Shown: piece by piece, positions 61,604 to 64,000 of the stretch | How the letters are laid out: the number at the start of each line of letters is the position of its first letter | How positions within the stretch are numbered: position 1 is the stretch's first letter | NCBI GenBank assembly: GCA_963701095.1 | Contig: OY969564.1 | Span: forward strand, 416,001 to 480,000 | Direction: 5' to 3' | From: an uncultured Methanoregulaceae archaeon | Lineage (GTDB): Archaea; Halobacteriota; Methanomicrobia; Methanomicrobiales; Methanospirillaceae | DNA length: 64,000 nucleotides | Translations under genes and position numbers: made by a program | Notes under the pieces: model-generated | Database searches by the model: none | Seen by the model: only the letters and a program-made list of their open reading frames with translations | What the model was told of the DNA's origin: nothing

Positions 61604-62605
61604 TTGACTCGTAATATGGTGCTATTTGATCTAAGTCCTGATGATTATTGGTATCTGATGATTTTTATTTTTTTTATAGTTCCGTTTTTTTTCACGGTCG
61701 CGGCGCTACCCTATATCATAAAAAAACTCCGGCTTAACGGACACGTGGTCCGGGATATGTACAAGCCTGATCAGCCTGAAATTCCTACCCAGGGTGGTAT
61801 TCCCATTCTTCTCATCTCTATTTTTTCCCTTTCAATTCTAACTTTATTTTATAGTAAAATGGTTACGCCAATTAATTACACCATTATTGTAGTAGTAATT
61901 CTTTTTGCCCTTTTCGGCTTGTTAGACGATCTCGTTAACATAGGCAGACCCGTAAAACTGGTGTTATTGTACTATTGTTCCTATCCCCTCATTCCCTTCA
62001 TTACGACCACTGCATTCTTTATTCCCTTTTTGGGTCATGCAGATTTATCTATTATTTATCTCCAACTTATCATCCCAACATATGTACCCGTGGTTTCAAA
62101 TCTTGTAAATATGCATTCTGGATTTAATGGGCTTGCGCCGGGTCTTTCCCTCATCGTCCTCATTTCCCTTGTCATAAAAACCTATATTTACGGTAACATT
62201 TCAAACGCCCTTTTTATTGTCTGCCTTACCGGGGCCCTCGCCGGTTATTTTCTGTTTGAAAAGTACCCCTCGAAAATATTCTGGGGAAATATCGGGGCTC
62301 TTGCTATCGGAGCTGCTATCGGCGCTATAATTGTGTCCCAAGGATTTATTATCGGTGGTTTTATTATGCTTATTCCCCATATAGTGAATTTCCTTCAGTA
62401 TGTATTTTGGCGGGTGAATAAAGATAAATATCCGATCGCAAAATTTGGAAAAGTTCGAGAAGATGGAACACTTGAAGTACCGAACCCTCTCACCCTTAAA
62501 TGGGTTCTGCCGTATTATTTCCGTATGACAGAAAAAACGGCGGTGTACGCCATGTTTGCTGTAACCGGTATTTTTTGTCTGATCGGGATATTTATACCTT
62601 GGTGA
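61604..62605 (+). CDS. Polyprenyl-phosphate GlcNAc-1-P transferase (GT4/MraY-like, AglH-like)
   Basis: D.YK....IP..GG, GLLDD, N.VN...G.NGL and YPSKIF.GN.G motifs; multiple TM helices. Confidence 0.85.
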   Translation: MTRNMVLFDLSPDDYWYLMIFIFFIVPFFFTVAALPYIIKKLRLNGHVVRDMYKPDQPEIPTQGGIPILLISIFSLSILTLFYSKMVTPINYTIIVVVILFALFGLLDDLVNIGRPVKLVLLYYCSYPLIPFITTTAFFIPFLGHADLSIIYLQLIIPTYVPVVSNLVNMHSGFNGLAPGLSLIVLISLVIKTYIYGNISNALFIVCLTGALAGYFLFEKYPSKIFWGNIGALAIGAAIGAIIVSQGFIIGGFIMLIPHIVNFLQYVFWRVNKDKYPIAKFGKVREDGTLEVPNPLTLKWVLPYYFRMTEKTAVYAMFAVTGIFCLIGIFIPW

Positions 62606-62635
62606 TATAAAGAAGACCTATTTCGGTGATAATCT

Positions 62636-62998
62636 GTGATAGATGTTATAAGTGTCATAATCGCGTTTTTAAGAGTCCTGCTAGGTTTTGTACTTGTATT
62701 GTTCATACCCGGTTTTTTCCTGACCTTGGTTTTTTTCCCCAAAATCTCAGAGATTCAGATTTTTGAACGACTGGTGTATTCAGTGGTTCTTAGCATCGGA
62801 ACGGTAATTGCATCAGTTCTTTTCATGGATGTCGCATTAGGGGTCAATACTACCCCCTTGAATATTGTCTTTGGAATTTTGTCGGTTTCATTTGTTTTTA
62901 TTATAATTTGGATTCTGCGATTGTATTTTCCGGAAACCTTTATGCGAATAAAAAAGTTTTTCATTTTAAAATTTTACACGTTAAAGATGAAAAAATGA
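62636..62998 (+). CDS. DUF1616-like membrane protein
   Basis: LFIPG..L....FP......ER...S..LSI motif. Confidence 0.75.
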   Translation: MIDVISVIIAFLRVLLGFVLVLFIPGFFLTLVFFPKISEIQIFERLVYSVVLSIGTVIASVLFMDVALGVNTTPLNIVFGILSVSFVFIIIWILRLYFPETFMRIKKFFILKFYTLKMKK

Positions 62999-63007
62999 GG
63001 GTATTTG

Positions 63008-64000
63008 ATGAATGAAATATTTATTAGATCTCTCAGAAACTATCACCATCTCAATCACCAACAACAAGAGAACGTTATACAGTTAGTTGATATATCAAAA
63101 AAATTTTTCCAAAAAAAGAATCTGGAGCCCTATGAGGGAAGCTCAATCGAATCTGAACATACACTTATTGTGGAATGCGGCCATCAACCTAATTTTCTTC
63201 CTCATTCAGCAACGTGGAAAAAAGCTTTTTTCATGAGTTGGTTATGCAAGAAATTGGAAAAGGGCGGATCAACCCCTCTTGCTTTTTTTGGCTTGGCAGA
63301 TCAGAATATTTCGACTGCGAGACTATTATCGAAGAATCAGGTTCCAGATCTGAATAAAGATGGATTCATAAAAATTGGATTTAAAATTAGCAGTAAGGAC
63401 CGGTTGCGATCCTTTGCCTGCATTGAAAAACCTCCTGCTGAAGAATGGGAAAAGGAGATTGACCGAATTCGGCGGCATTATAAAGATATTTCAGAGAAAA
63501 CCAGATTTGGGGATGAAAATGTTAAAAACCAGTGGACCCGGATTCTCGATATTCTTTGGTCAAGCTATAATTGTGCTGACAATTTTCCAGAACTCAATTC
63601 CCTGGTTTTCGTAAGAATCTGCAGGGAAATTTTAGGCGTTAACCTTTTCTTTTTCTTGTACTCCGATATGCACAACGCCGGCATGTTCCTTGAAGAATCA
63701 AAAAAAATTCTAAAAAATCTCCCCCGTTTTAATCATATTTACAATCAGGAGATTGCAAGAGACGGTCTGAATATACCGTCGGTTTTACCAAACCACATGC
63801 CGTTCTGGTATGAGTGTGAGTGTGGAGCAAAACTTGATCTCTTTCTTGATTCCGATGCAAGCTGCAAACCGGTCTGCCCGGGTTGCAAGAAGGAATATCA
63901 TCTCGCCTTAAAACCTGATTTTGAGAATCTGGAAAAATATTATTGGAAAATGGATTTTAACGCAGTATCGAGAAATATTATTATGGCTCAAGGATTAGGA
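63008..64000 (+). CDS. Hypothetical protein with GHQPNFLP motif and Zn-ribbon, partial (runs off the right edge)
   Basis: Manual translation is open for 331 codons: MNEIFIRSL...VECGHQPNFLPHSATWKK...PFWYECECG...CPGC... It is absent from the ORF track because it has no stop. Confidence 0.75.
   Translation, partial: MNEIFIRSLRNYHHLNHQQQENVIQLVDISKKFFQKKNLEPYEGSSIESEHTLIVECGHQPNFLPHSATWKKAFFMSWLCKKLEKGGSTPLAFFGLADQNISTARLLSKNQVPDLNKDGFIKIGFKISSKDRLRSFACIEKPPAEEWEKEIDRIRRHYKDISEKTRFGDENVKNQWTRILDILWSSYNCADNFPELNSLVFVRICREILGVNLFFFLYSDMHNAGMFLEESKKILKNLPRFNHIYNQEIARDGLNIPSVLPNHMPFWYECECGAKLDLFLDSDASCKPVCPGCKKEYHLALKPDFENLEKYYWKMDFNAVSRNIIMAQGLG

Noticed and set aside
1..64000. tRNA, rRNA, CRISPR array, defence systems
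   Set aside because: No cloverleaf, rRNA-like stretch, regularly spaced repeat array or recognisable defence gene was seen by eye. tRNAscan-SE, Infernal or DefenseFinder would be decisive.

Overview
A 64 kb chromosomal segment from a methanogenic archaeon, most likely Methanomicrobiales (Methanoregula-like). This is inferred from methanogenesis marker 8, PEF-CTERM proteins, an AglH-like GT4, 'TRHDIxNxL' PAS kinases, TATA promoters and GGTGA/GGAGG RBSs. Contents in order: a possibly foreign block of small ORFs ending in a 5'-truncated CDGSH gene; a Rieske ferredoxin; a signalling/chemotaxis cluster (wHTH-PAS-kinase, SatP acetate channel flanked by duplicated micro-ORFs, poly-HAMP MCP, CheW, hybrid kinases); an IS256 element truncating a REC-PAS gene with no target duplication; a long stress/surface region (LEA-like proteins, PKD and PEGA proteins, Arg/Lys/Orn decarboxylase plus antiporter, ElaB/YqjD-YqjE-like triad, HisKA_2 kinase plus REC-PadR regulator, Hsp20-like, beta-carbonic anhydrase, two ABC systems); the cbiTLFGHCDE operon; a wHTH-multi-PAS regulator; secreted proteins; and the start of a glycosylation locus. 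Main discoveries: (1) about ten promoters share a TT(G)CAGATTTTGCAA-like element exactly 12 nt upstream of a TATA-like box, in front of stress-type genes and the kinase/REC-PadR operon, a candidate archaeal general-stress regulon; (2) two tandem PEF-CTERM proteins carry the sequence hallmarks of Cys-Gln thioester (TED) covalent adhesins; (3) duplicated micro-proteins flank the acetate channel; (4) most frameshifts sit at GTAC, AGCT or CCCGGG, suggesting base-calling errors at methylated motifs rather than real pseudogenes. No rRNA, tRNA or CRISPR array was recognised. All family calls come from motif recognition by eye, not database searches.
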